Assembly (NCBI GenBank): GCA_964470035.1
Contig: CAYYBR010000001.1
Span: 8,776 to 72,775 of the forward strand
Length of the DNA: 64,000 nucleotides
Direction of reading: 5' to 3'
DNA from: an uncultured Saprospiraceae bacterium
GTDB lineage: Bacteria > Bacteroidota > Bacteroidia > Chitinophagales > Saprospiraceae
The number at the start of each line of letters is the position of its first letter. Positions within the stretch are counted from its first letter, which is position 1. The translations under genes and the position numbers were made by a program. Shown one piece after another: positions 1 to 8,810 of the stretch. Below the pieces are notes generated by a model that saw only the letters and a program-made list of their open reading frames with translations, was not told the DNA's origin and did no database searches.

Positions 1-368
1 GACCATTTCCCCAAGGCATTTTGTTTGCAGGTGGGCTTGGAGTCGCCGGTGGATTTGCTAGCATGATCGGTAATCTTGCTGGCGCTTTCGCAAATATGTT
101 TTTTCTAGCTACCCGTCTTCCCAAGAATGAGATTATCGGCACATCGTCATGGCTATTTTTAATTATCAATCTCGTCAAAGTGCCGATACATATATACTCA
201 TGGGAGACCATCAATATAAGTAGTATCCGAAGTAGTATGTTGATTGTTCCAAGTCTGTTTATTGGATTTTGGGTTGGCCTTAAGATAGTAGGCTTGTTTT
301 CGGAGCAAGTTTATAGATACTTCTTATATGTTGCCACTGTCATCGGAGCGATTATGATTTTCATTTGA
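1..368 (+). CDS. TauE/SafE (TSUP) family membrane transporter, C-terminal fragment; 5' end lies outside the window
   Basis: Frame is open from base 3 to TGA at 366-368. Glycine-rich hydrophobic helices (GGLGVAGGFASMIGNLAG...) are typical of TSUP permeases. Confidence 0.55.
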   Translation, partial: PFPQGILFAGGLGVAGGFASMIGNLAGAFANMFFLATRLPKNEIIGTSSWLFLIINLVKVPIHIYSWETINISSIRSSMLIVPSLFIGFWVGLKIVGLFSEQVYRYFLYVATVIGAIMIFI

Positions 369-491
369 TAGAGTAATTAGGCCCCTTAAGTATGAGTTGC
401 TAGGCACTTAGGTGTAGTTGATGAGTGCAGTGGTAAGAAGTTAGTTCATCTTTTCTATCATGTTGAGTAGCAAGTGAATATCAAATGATCT

Positions 492-523
492 TTAGTACGA
501 GTCATTGTTAGTACGAGTCATTG
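492..523. repeat. Perfect 16-bp tandem duplication TTAGTACGAGTCATTG x2 in an ORF-free spacer
   Basis: Read directly: 492-507 and 508-523 are identical. Confidence 0.9.
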
Positions 524-609
524 TTTTGTCATCAGTAGGGTATGAGGTTTACTTCGATTATGTAGATAAACAGTAGGTCATTTAGTGCTAAGTAGCTCGA
601 GGTGCACCA

Positions 610-635
610 AATTTTATTGTCCAGCCAATAAAATT
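610..635. promoter_or_regulatory. 10-bp perfect inverted repeat AATTTTATTG-N6-CAATAAAATT upstream of the Lrp/AsnC gene (possible operator)
   Basis: Arms 610-619 and 626-635 are exact reverse complements, about 80 nt upstream of the GTG at 718. Confidence 0.3.
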
Positions 636-681
636 AAACGTAGGACTTAGACTTTATCCAAAAATTAATGAGAGGAAAATC

Positions 682-689
682 TATCTTTG
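682..689 (+). promoter_or_regulatory. Bacteroidota-type -7 promoter box TATCTTTG (consensus TAnnTTTG)
   Basis: Exact match to TAnnTTTG, 28 nt upstream of the start at 718. Confidence 0.4.
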
Positions 690-717
690 CAAGAATTATA
701 TTTTAAATACAATACAC

Positions 718-1191
718 GTGGAAGTAAAACTCGATAATATTGATCTCAAAATCCTGAGACTTCTTCAGGAGAACAGCAAAATCACTAACCTAGAATTGTC
801 AAAGCGCATCGGATTATCTCCTGCACCCACTCTTGAAAGGGTAAAGAAGTTAGAGCAGTCAAGCGTCATACAATCCTATCATGCGAAGGTCAATGCCGAG
901 AAGCTTGGACTCAACATAAGCACGTTTGTATTAGTCTCTTTGGCATGGCAAAAAGAAAATGCACTTGATAATTTTGTTTCTAAGGTGCAGATGATCGATG
1001 AAATCACAGAGTGCTATATCATCACTGGTGATGGTGATGCCATACTGCGAGTTATCTGTAAGGATATACAAGACTATGAGCAACTTTTATTCAAGAAGCT
1101 GTCACAGATCGCTGAAGTAGAAAAACTAAGGACACTGATGACCTTATCGAAGGTGAAGAAATCTAAAGTGCTTCCCTTTCATTACGACTAA
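718..1191 (+). CDS. Lrp/AsnC family transcriptional regulator
   Basis: 157 aa. N-terminal HTH (LDNIDLKILRLLQENSKITNLELSKRIGLSPAPTLERVKKLE) plus a C-terminal RAM/AsnC_trans_reg-like domain. Confidence 0.85.
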   Translation: MEVKLDNIDLKILRLLQENSKITNLELSKRIGLSPAPTLERVKKLEQSSVIQSYHAKVNAEKLGLNISTFVLVSLAWQKENALDNFVSKVQMIDEITECYIITGDGDAILRVICKDIQDYEQLLFKKLSQIAEVEKLRTLMTLSKVKKSKVLPFHYD

Positions 1192-1197
1192 TAGCAT

Positions 1198-1989
1198 TTG
1201 AGCAAGTCGAGTTTACATTGGGAGGTTCGTACGAAAGAGCAGAGTGAGCCTTCATTCATTGTCGGAACTGTTCATCTTGGCCATGAGGCTTGTCATGTAT
1301 TCTGGCCGCTACTATCTGAGCGCATCAAGAGCTATCACAGGATATATACAGAGTCTTCACTTAGTAAGGAGGCGAGCCTGATCATACAGCCTTGGACATT
1401 ACTTCCTGCAGAAGTAAATCTGCATGAGTACATATCTACGAGAAGGTGGGCGAAGATACAGGTGGCTATTGAAAGATTTACGAAAGTGGATATCAATATG
1501 ATGAAAAAGTTCCACCCACTTTTTATTCTGACGGCGATACAGGTCGGTTTGTCGGGACAGAGTGAGTTTCCTTCCTTGGATCAAAGGATCTGGGATCTTG
1601 CGGTGTCTCTAGACAAAGAAGTAGACGGCATCGAGTCTCCTTTGGAGCAAGTTGAGGTCTTAAGATCGATGGACATAGGATTTCTATACCTTCATCTTGT
1701 GCGAATCTCTAAAAAAATGTCGACAACAAGGAAACACCTGAAAAAACTAATTCAGGTATATACTTCACAAGATATAGATGCATTATACAAGCTGTCGAAG
1801 TCATCACTCGGGCCTGATCGGCGCTTACTTATAGATCAACGTAACAGGATCATCGGTGAGAGAATCCTTGATAAGCATGTCGAGGAGCCTTCTTTTTTTA
1901 GTTTTGGTGCGGGCCATCTCGGAGGCTCAACAGGAGTGATAAGATTACTTAAACATGCAGGAGCCCAATTGAAACCTATATCGTTATGA
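1198..1989 (+). CDS. TraB/GumN family protein
   Basis: 263 aa. GTVHLG motif near the N-terminus and family-like layout. TTG start. ATGA overlap with the next gene suggests an operon. Confidence 0.6.
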   Translation: MSKSSLHWEVRTKEQSEPSFIVGTVHLGHEACHVFWPLLSERIKSYHRIYTESSLSKEASLIIQPWTLLPAEVNLHEYISTRRWAKIQVAIERFTKVDINMMKKFHPLFILTAIQVGLSGQSEFPSLDQRIWDLAVSLDKEVDGIESPLEQVEVLRSMDIGFLYLHLVRISKKMSTTRKHLKKLIQVYTSQDIDALYKLSKSSLGPDRRLLIDQRNRIIGERILDKHVEEPSFFSFGAGHLGGSTGVIRLLKHAGAQLKPISL

Positions 1990-2342
1990 AAAAAGTTGAA
2001 ATCAAACTAAGTGTAACCTTGGACGAGAACAATGTGCCTGTAGATATGTCTTGGGTGAGTGATGATCCTCCATCGAATGGTAAGGAAGCTGCTACCAAGG
2101 CGTTTTTCCTTTCTCTATTTGATAAATCAAAACTGGAAACACTGCAGATAAATCTTTGGGACAAAAACTTTGAAGTAGGGGAGATGCATCGCATGACTTA
2201 TCATACACTGAGAGGCCTAGCCGATACCTTTTATAAGGGAACTAATGACCCTCATCTATCTAATGACATTGCAAGATTTGCTCAGTACATGGGTGAAGAA
2301 CTGGGTATCATACCCAAATCAGAAAGAGAGCAAAGCGAATAA
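1986..2342 (+). CDS. gldC: Gliding motility protein GldC
   Basis: 118 aa. Resembles Flavobacterium GldC as I remember it (EIKLSVTLDENNVP...W...LFDKSKLETLQINLW...E...HTL..LADTF). Confidence 0.75.
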   Translation: MKKVEIKLSVTLDENNVPVDMSWVSDDPPSNGKEAATKAFFLSLFDKSKLETLQINLWDKNFEVGEMHRMTYHTLRGLADTFYKGTNDPHLSNDIARFAQYMGEELGIIPKSEREQSE

Positions 2343-2402
2343 TGGAGAGATCATACAGCGATTTTTATATTAGATAAATTTTATATATGTTTGGGGTGAA
2401 CT

Positions 2403-3224
2403 ATGATATCTCAGGACCCCATCACTACTCGATTTATCGAGGCATTTCATTGGCTGAAAGAACAAGGAAAAGTAAGATCTGCTAGGCAGTTTGCCCTTGG
2501 GATCGAGACTTACCCCCAAAGCCTTAATGATATTCTGAAGGGTAGAAGAGAGGCGACATTGCCCATGATTCAAAAGGTCACCGAGGCATATAGTATCAAC
2601 TGCCACTATCTACTTACAGGTATCGGTGAGATAACAAGATCAGATATCAACGGCATCAGTAGATCTCCCCAATCTTTTGTTAGATATATACATGCTCATG
2701 AGTTTTCTGCTTTCGCAGGAGCTATAAAGCATGACAATCTAGACAACTATACATGGACGAACTGGGCGCTGCCAGCTGAGATGGTTGGACAGAATATAGA
2801 TGTTGCATTTCAGTGTAACACGGATCGCATCTCGAGATGTCTTCGAAAGGGTGATATCATTTTTGCTAGAAGAATGCCCAAAGAAGCATGGAAGTCCAGT
2901 ATATCTTCTAAGCGTATATATGTCGTAGCACTAGAGAGTGGCATACACATCGTTAGATGTACAACTAATGATGCACAAGGTATCTATCTGAGTAAAGATG
3001 ATAGGGACCTGCCTGACTTCATCAGCTTTAATGATATACAAGAGATCTGGAGCGCCATCTCTCGATGGTCACCATCAGTGCTGATCGAAGAAGAAGAGGC
3101 TAATCAATCGCACTACGATCAACTTACCTTGTCTATCCAATCCCAGAGTGAGGCACTCTCATCTTTGCGGCAGACGGTTTCTCAGTTGGCTGCATCTATG
3201 ACTTCTCAGCAAGAGGTCTACTGA
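2403..3224 (+). CDS. Phage-repressor-like HTH regulator with a degenerate S24/LexA-like C-terminal domain and coiled-coil tail
   Basis: 273 aa. The N-terminus (RSARQFALGIETYPQSLNDILKGRREATLPMIQKVTEAYSINCHYLLTGIGE) looks like a CI-type HTH. Confidence 0.5.
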   Translation: MISQDPITTRFIEAFHWLKEQGKVRSARQFALGIETYPQSLNDILKGRREATLPMIQKVTEAYSINCHYLLTGIGEITRSDINGISRSPQSFVRYIHAHEFSAFAGAIKHDNLDNYTWTNWALPAEMVGQNIDVAFQCNTDRISRCLRKGDIIFARRMPKEAWKSSISSKRIYVVALESGIHIVRCTTNDAQGIYLSKDDRDLPDFISFNDIQEIWSAISRWSPSVLIEEEEANQSHYDQLTLSIQSQSEALSSLRQTVSQLAASMTSQQEVY

Positions 3225-3774
3225 CACCCAGTTTCCATCTTTTAGGATAAGGCGACAAATTAATGTCGATGGCTTCTTTAACTCGGTGATCATACCAGTA
3301 AGCTTTAAAGTACCACAAGTCTATCCTGACATTGCGTTCAAGCTTCATTTCTTCAGGTATCCTCACTTCGCGTTGCACGAGCAAGGGCGTTACTCTACTG
3401 ATATGTTGGCTTTGGCTCTTTGTTTTGACGATCATGTGGTCTCCATTATTCACTTTCGGAGATAAGTCTTCAACTATCGAAAGCCGTTCTAGATCAGAGG
3501 ATATTTTTTCTAGGAACAGAGGTGAGAAGGTAGTCGGCTGGTAAGCGATGAGATATGCTGGACCAAAGTAAGAGCACAGGGCTAGTGCCAACCGCTCCTC
3601 GGTTTTGTATGATATATGAGCCTCGCAAGCCACTACATGATCGTAAAAATCTCTGAGAAGCGGGGAGTCAATATGATCAATAGTCCAAGCGCTCATGAGC
3701 CATCTAAGGTGGGAGAGTTTCTCAGTAGCTCTATTGATGTATGACATAGATATCCCCAAAGGTGACTTTGACAA
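3196..3774 (-). CDS. Hypothetical protein (192 aa), no family recognised
   Basis: Long ORF between the tRNA-His terminator and the convergent HTH gene (29-nt 3' overlap). No motif recognised. Confidence 0.4.
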   Translation of the reverse strand: MSKSPLGISMSYINRATEKLSHLRWLMSAWTIDHIDSPLLRDFYDHVVACEAHISYKTEERLALALCSYFGPAYLIAYQPTTFSPLFLEKISSDLERLSIVEDLSPKVNNGDHMIVKTKSQSQHISRVTPLLVQREVRIPEEMKLERNVRIDLWYFKAYWYDHRVKEAIDINLSPYPKRWKLGVSRPLAEKS

Positions 3775-3821
3775 AGGTAGATCACGTTGATCAATGTAGT
3801 AGCGCTACCAATAGATGTGCA

Positions 3822-3850
3822 TAAAAAAAGCTCCGCGAAAGGCGAAGCTT
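3822..3850 (-). terminator. Rho-independent terminator downstream of tRNA-His
   Basis: On the minus strand: AGCTTCGCC-TTTC-GCGGAGCT stem-loop followed by a T7 run. Confidence 0.6.
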
Positions 3851-3863
3851 CATAAAATATTTG

Positions 3864-3938
3864 GGTGAAAGATGGGTCTCGAACCCACGACCTCCGGAAC
3901 CACAATCCGGCGCTCTAACCAACTGAGCTACAATCACC
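3864..3938 (-). tRNA. tRNA-His (anticodon GTG) with encoded G-1
   Basis: Hand-folded cloverleaf: D arm GCTC/GAGC, anticodon stem CCGGA/TCCGG with loop TTGTGGT, T arm GTGGG-TTCGAGA-CCCAT. The acceptor stem carries two adjacent U-U mismatches. Confidence 0.8.
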
Positions 3939-4173
3939 GTGATTTAAAACGAAGGCAAAGAAACGCAAGTTCAGCTTTATATACAAGACCTATCAAAACT
4001 ACTCGACCATGTGGTCACGCGTAATAGCCCAAATAACATAGATAGCGTTGATAGAGTAGATGCTATGAAGGACAGATAAATAATGAAATAAAGCCCTTTG
4101 ATCAACATATAAATATAATCTAACATGTATCCATTGGCTTAAAGTAGCGTCTATTAAGTAACTTGCACATCAG

Positions 4174-4722
4174 ATGAATCACTTGGACGACGATCAGATT
4201 CTTGAACTACTGAATAACAATGATGAAAAAGCGATCGAACACCTTTTCGATCGGTTTTTCGATTATCTCTGCGCGGTAGTGTATAGAGTCATACATGATT
4301 ATGAAGCTGCACGTGATGTAGTGCAGGATATCTTCTTCGATCTTTGGAAGAAGAGAGATTCCATTCAGATTCAAACAGCGCTTAGGCCGTACCTGCGACG
4401 CGCTGCTGTCAATAGAGCCCTTAATTATATCAAGAGAAAGCGCATCGTGCCTAATGATGATGAAGACGCAGCCGTTGATATAGTATCCAACGTACCTTCT
4501 GGACAAGCTTATCTCGAAAAAGATGAGCTCGAAACAAAGATCTTCTCGGTTATAGAAGCATTACCTCCCAAGTGTAAACTAGTGTTTGGGATGAGCAGAT
4601 TTGAGAACATGTCCTATCAGGAAATCGCCGATGCTTTGGAGATAAGTGTTAAAACAGTAGAAAACCAAATCTCTAAAGCGTTAAAAATCCTTAGAAATGA
4701 GGTAGAAGTATACCTTGTTTAG
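4174..4722 (+). CDS. RNA polymerase ECF-type sigma-70 factor
   Basis: 182 aa with sigma70 region 2 (DVVQDIFFDLWKKR) and region 4 HTH (MSYQEIADALEISVKTVENQISKALKILR). Confidence 0.85.
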   Translation: MNHLDDDQILELLNNNDEKAIEHLFDRFFDYLCAVVYRVIHDYEAARDVVQDIFFDLWKKRDSIQIQTALRPYLRRAAVNRALNYIKRKRIVPNDDEDAAVDIVSNVPSGQAYLEKDELETKIFSVIEALPPKCKLVFGMSRFENMSYQEIADALEISVKTVENQISKALKILRNEVEVYLV

Positions 4723-4809
4723 ATATTATAATTAAATTTAATGTGTTAAGGAGTAGGGGGAGGCCAGAAAAATAGTGTCCTCTATGTGTAACCCTTATAT
4801 TTTAAAACG

Positions 4810-5859
4810 ATGGATTCACGTATTTACATACTGACGCATAAGCGTCTTACGGGCCAATTGTCCGCTGCAGAGAACACCGAACTGGAACATTTAAATCTTA
4901 TCCCAGAACTTAAGACTGTATCAGAAGAGATTTCCTATCTCTGGAATGTTAGTAATAATTACTTTCCTACAAAAGATTGGAACAAAGATGGTGCCAAACA
5001 AGCGTTCTATGATAGAATTAGATCTGCAGAACCGACAGTTACTCCTCCGATAACGAATACCCAAAAGACCAAGACACAGATCGCTAAAGACTCCTCACCC
5101 ACAGGATTGGATTGGAGGTATATCGCAGGTATAGCCGCAGCTTTAGTAGCCGCACTGATTATCTGGGGTGTATCAAGTCTATCAAGTAAGACTTATCAAG
5201 AGATCAAAGCAGGAGACGAAAAGCACTATGCAGAAATCCTCGACGATACTAAAGTCTGGCTAGTTGAAGGTGCTTCTATAAAGATCTTGGAAGAATCTGA
5301 CAATGCTCGAAAAATAGCGCTGTCAGGAGAAGCATTTTTTGATGTTCTTCATAATCCTTCCAAGCCATTTACCATTGATCTTGGTAACGACACATATGCA
5401 GAAGTACTCGGGACTTCCTTCAAGGCTAGAAGCACCCACAACAATCAGAATGGTCATATTTTGGTTAGAGAAGGTCGTGTAAAACTTTTCAGTACTAGGG
5501 ATGAGTCGTATACGATTTTTCTTGATGCTGGCGAAGAGGGAGAAATCAACTTTGATGATGAAGTTGCTCAAAAATCTAAGAGTATTGGAAGTACAGGACT
5601 TAATGCTAGTGGTAAGATGATGGTTTTCAAAGATGCAGACCTCCAAGATGTATTAGAGACGTTAGGTATGAGATATGGAGTATCCTTTGACTTCACTGAA
5701 CCTGAAAGACTTAATTGTCCATACACAGCTACTATACCTGCTCATGACTCTATGGAGGAAATCTTAGATGCTATGCAGGGCGCATACCCGGTGATTTCAT
5801 TCTATGAGATGGATAGAAGTGTCATCCGTGTGGATGGAGCATGTAATATAGAAGAGTAG
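4810..5859 (+). CDS. FecR family anti-sigma factor
   Basis: 349 aa. One central TM segment (IAGIAAALVAALIIWGV) and a FecR-like periplasmic domain. Sits directly after the ECF sigma gene. Confidence 0.8.
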   Translation: MDSRIYILTHKRLTGQLSAAENTELEHLNLIPELKTVSEEISYLWNVSNNYFPTKDWNKDGAKQAFYDRIRSAEPTVTPPITNTQKTKTQIAKDSSPTGLDWRYIAGIAAALVAALIIWGVSSLSSKTYQEIKAGDEKHYAEILDDTKVWLVEGASIKILEESDNARKIALSGEAFFDVLHNPSKPFTIDLGNDTYAEVLGTSFKARSTHNNQNGHILVREGRVKLFSTRDESYTIFLDAGEEGEINFDDEVAQKSKSIGSTGLNASGKMMVFKDADLQDVLETLGMRYGVSFDFTEPERLNCPYTATIPAHDSMEEILDAMQGAYPVISFYEMDRSVIRVDGACNIEE

Positions 5860-5953
5860 ACTCTTCTTGTTTCAGACTACTTCACTTTCGTAAATATCTC
5901 TTTTTACCATCCCGCAAGACATTTTCTCAAGGCAGGAGTGGTATCAATTGTGC

Positions 5954-5961
5954 TATATTTG
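5954..5961 (+). promoter_or_regulatory. -7 promoter box TATATTTG
   Basis: Exact TAnnTTTG match, 25 nt upstream of the TTG start at 5987. Confidence 0.35.
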
Positions 5962-5986
5962 AGCAACAATAAGTAGAAGGATAATA

Positions 5987-8662
5987 TTGTTTTTTGCTCT
6001 AAGATATCTAGACATCCTATGGGTATGTACGATATCTGTTGTTGCCCTTTGTTTAACAAACCCACTGCACGCCCAAAATCTCCCTGATGAGCAGCGGGTT
6101 ACAACGGAATTTGTCGAGATACCTTTAGATAGTGCATTGCTGGTACTCAGTGCTAACAGTGGTGTAGGTATTTCCTATGATTCAAGGATCATTCCCCCTA
6201 ACAAAAGGGTGACATTATCTGCTAATCAGCTGATGCTAGGTTTAGCGCTAGATAATGTGCTTGTGGGCACAGATATCTCTTATCGCATAGTTGGTAATCA
6301 GATAGTTCTCAGAAAAGAAGAGGTGATTGTTCAAGTAAAGATGGCCACGATAAGTGGGTATCTTAAGGATGCCGATTCTGGAGAACATCTGGTATATGCT
6401 AATGCAAGTACTATCGAGCCTGTTTATGGTACTTCTTCTAATGAGTTTGGATATTACAGCTTAACACTCCCAGTGGGCGTCTATGAGATACAATACTCAT
6501 ACGTAGGATACGAGACTTATACTGTCGACATAAATCTTACCCAAGATGTGATCATCGATGCAGAGTTGTCGACAAGTGCCTTGCTCAATGAAGTTGTTAT
6601 CCTGGGCGAGATCCCTAAAGAATCAAAGTATAGCGAAGACTTTGCTGAGATGCCCCTGGAGATGCTCAGTAGCCTGCCATCGTTAGCAGGCGAACCAGAT
6701 ATAATCAGATTAGCACAAAGTCGGGCGGGAGTATCATCTCAAGTGGATGGTTTTGGAGGATTGCAAGTACGTGGAGGTAGCGCTGATCAGAATCTCATTT
6801 TGCTAGACGGTGTACCAGTATATAATACCGGTCACGCCTTAGGCCTGTTCAGTATATTCAACAGCTCAGCTATAAAAAGTGCAAAGCTCATCAAAGGTGG
6901 ATTTCCAGCTCGATATGGAGGAAGGCTCAGTTCAGTGTTTGATATCCGTACAAAGGAAGGCAACAAGAATGAAATAAAAGGTGATGCTGCTATATCTCCA
7001 TTATTGATAAGAGGAACCGTAGAAGGCCCTATCAAACAAGGAAAAAGTTCCTTCTTACTTTCTGCTAGAAGAACCATCATAGATCCTTGGTTACGACCCT
7101 TAAGTCGCTATCAATTTGAGAGAAATAGAGAGGATGGTCAGATTAATTTCTTTTTCTATGATATCAATGCAAAATTCAACGCGGAGATCGGAAAGAAGCA
7201 CCAAGTATATGTGAGTCTATATGGAGGTCAGGATAAGTATGCTAATGAGGTAACGGGCTTCTTAGACACTGATGCTGGAGAGATAGAGGAACTAGATCAG
7301 ACAGATGTAGAGTGGGGTAATATCATAGGTACGGTACGACTTACATCTAACTATAACAATAAGACCTTTGGTAATTTTAGTTTGAGTACTACTCAGTTCA
7401 GTTTTGACAACTTTGATTTTGTTAGGACTATAACTCGGGATAATAATATTGAGTCCTCAAGAGGATATAATTCTCGACTTTTCTCTTCTGAGATCAAGGA
7501 TATCATCGTATCCTATGATCTAGATTGGTTCATCAATCCGTCTTATTATCTGAAGGTAGGGGCGAACTACACGAAGCATAGTCTTACCCCCGGCAGTGAT
7601 CTTTCATCGACGCTGGACGATCTGCTCAATGATGATGGCCTTATCACTGTAGATGATATAAAGGCGAGATCTGACTTTGAAACATTTGAAGGAGATGAGT
7701 ACAGAGTCTTTGTAGAAAACGAAGTGCGATTCAGCCCAACGTTTACAGCTAACCTAGGTGCTCACTTTTCGGCTATAAAAGTCGGTGACGGGAGCTTTCT
7801 CAGCCTGCAGCCAAGAGTTTCGCTGCGATGGCAAGCTAGCCCTCGTATCAACTTTAAGTTAGGTTTTAGTGAGACTGATCAGTATTTTCATCTGCTTTCA
7901 TCAGCTGGCCTAGGCTTGCCAAGTGATGTGTGGTTGCCTTCTACAGAACTACTTGAGCCAGAAAAATCTCGCCAGCTATCTCTGGCCATAGAAGCTAATA
8001 TCATCGATGACTTCGTGCTTCGCCTTTCTGGCTATACTAAATCTCTGGATAATGTAACGGGCTTCGCACAAGGTGCGTCATTAGATATATCAGGCCAAGT
8101 CGACTGGCAAGCAGATGTGCCAGTTGGGAGTGGACATTCTAGAGGTATCGAGATAGAACTAGAGAAGCGGGTAGGAGTTATCAGAGGGTGGATCGCCTAC
8201 ACTCTAAATCGATCCGAAAGAACTTTCCCTGAGATTAATGACGGAAGAACCTTTAGAGCCTCCAATGATCGGAGACATCTATTTCACATCAACGTGTTAG
8301 GGTCTCTTAACTCTAACCTTGAATTTAGTGCGGGTTGGACCTATGGTTCTCCTTTACCTACAACCGTACCAGCCTCTACCGATCCTATCGTTGTCAATGG
8401 TCAGTTTATCTGGGTTCCTATCATTCCGGCTATTAATAACGTTGATTTACCTCCTTATCATAAACTAGACCTAGGCGTTAATCTTTATTCGAAGTTCGAT
8501 TGGGGGAGCCAGAAAGTGTCTTTTGGCGTTTACAATGCTTATGCTCGACGAAACCCTTACTTTATCGATGTTGTCTTTGACGAAACGGGTGGCACATATA
8601 ATAATGAGCAAATTAGCGTCTTGCCATTTGTGCCGTATGTAAGTCTTGGGATAAGTTTTTAA
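5987..8662 (+). CDS. TonB-dependent receptor with N-terminal STN signalling domain and carboxypeptidase-regulatory-like domain
   Basis: 891 aa. Signal peptide, STN-like segment, TISGYLKDADSGE (CarbopepD_reg), plug (LQVRGGSADQNLILLDGVPVYN) and a beta-barrel ending in an aromatic residue. Confidence 0.85.
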   Translation: MFFALRYLDILWVCTISVVALCLTNPLHAQNLPDEQRVTTEFVEIPLDSALLVLSANSGVGISYDSRIIPPNKRVTLSANQLMLGLALDNVLVGTDISYRIVGNQIVLRKEEVIVQVKMATISGYLKDADSGEHLVYANASTIEPVYGTSSNEFGYYSLTLPVGVYEIQYSYVGYETYTVDINLTQDVIIDAELSTSALLNEVVILGEIPKESKYSEDFAEMPLEMLSSLPSLAGEPDIIRLAQSRAGVSSQVDGFGGLQVRGGSADQNLILLDGVPVYNTGHALGLFSIFNSSAIKSAKLIKGGFPARYGGRLSSVFDIRTKEGNKNEIKGDAAISPLLIRGTVEGPIKQGKSSFLLSARRTIIDPWLRPLSRYQFERNREDGQINFFFYDINAKFNAEIGKKHQVYVSLYGGQDKYANEVTGFLDTDAGEIEELDQTDVEWGNIIGTVRLTSNYNNKTFGNFSLSTTQFSFDNFDFVRTITRDNNIESSRGYNSRLFSSEIKDIIVSYDLDWFINPSYYLKVGANYTKHSLTPGSDLSSTLDDLLNDDGLITVDDIKARSDFETFEGDEYRVFVENEVRFSPTFTANLGAHFSAIKVGDGSFLSLQPRVSLRWQASPRINFKLGFSETDQYFHLLSSAGLGLPSDVWLPSTELLEPEKSRQLSLAIEANIIDDFVLRLSGYTKSLDNVTGFAQGASLDISGQVDWQADVPVGSGHSRGIEIELEKRVGVIRGWIAYTLNRSERTFPEINDGRTFRASNDRRHLFHINVLGSLNSNLEFSAGWTYGSPLPTTVPASTDPIVVNGQFIWVPIIPAINNVDLPPYHKLDLGVNLYSKFDWGSQKVSFGVYNAYARRNPYFIDVVFDETGGTYNNEQISVLPFVPYVSLGISF

Positions 8663-8810
8663 GTAGAAACCCTCTTTTTTATCAGGTATTTATATGTTTG
8701 CATCAGATATAGGATACCTATATCTTTATCTCCTGCATTTTATCTCCCTGCATTATTTCTGTTGTGACATTGGCCGAATTGTATCGTCTTAATATAGTCA
8801 ATCCGAGAAG

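Noticed and set aside
8705-8725. 9-bp inverted repeat AGATATAGG-ATA-CCTATATCT, and nearby TCTCC(C)TGCATT direct repeats, after the TonB receptor gene
   Set aside because: The stem is short and AT-rich with no T-run, and it falls in a spacer where some secondary structure is expected. This is not enough to call a terminator or an element.
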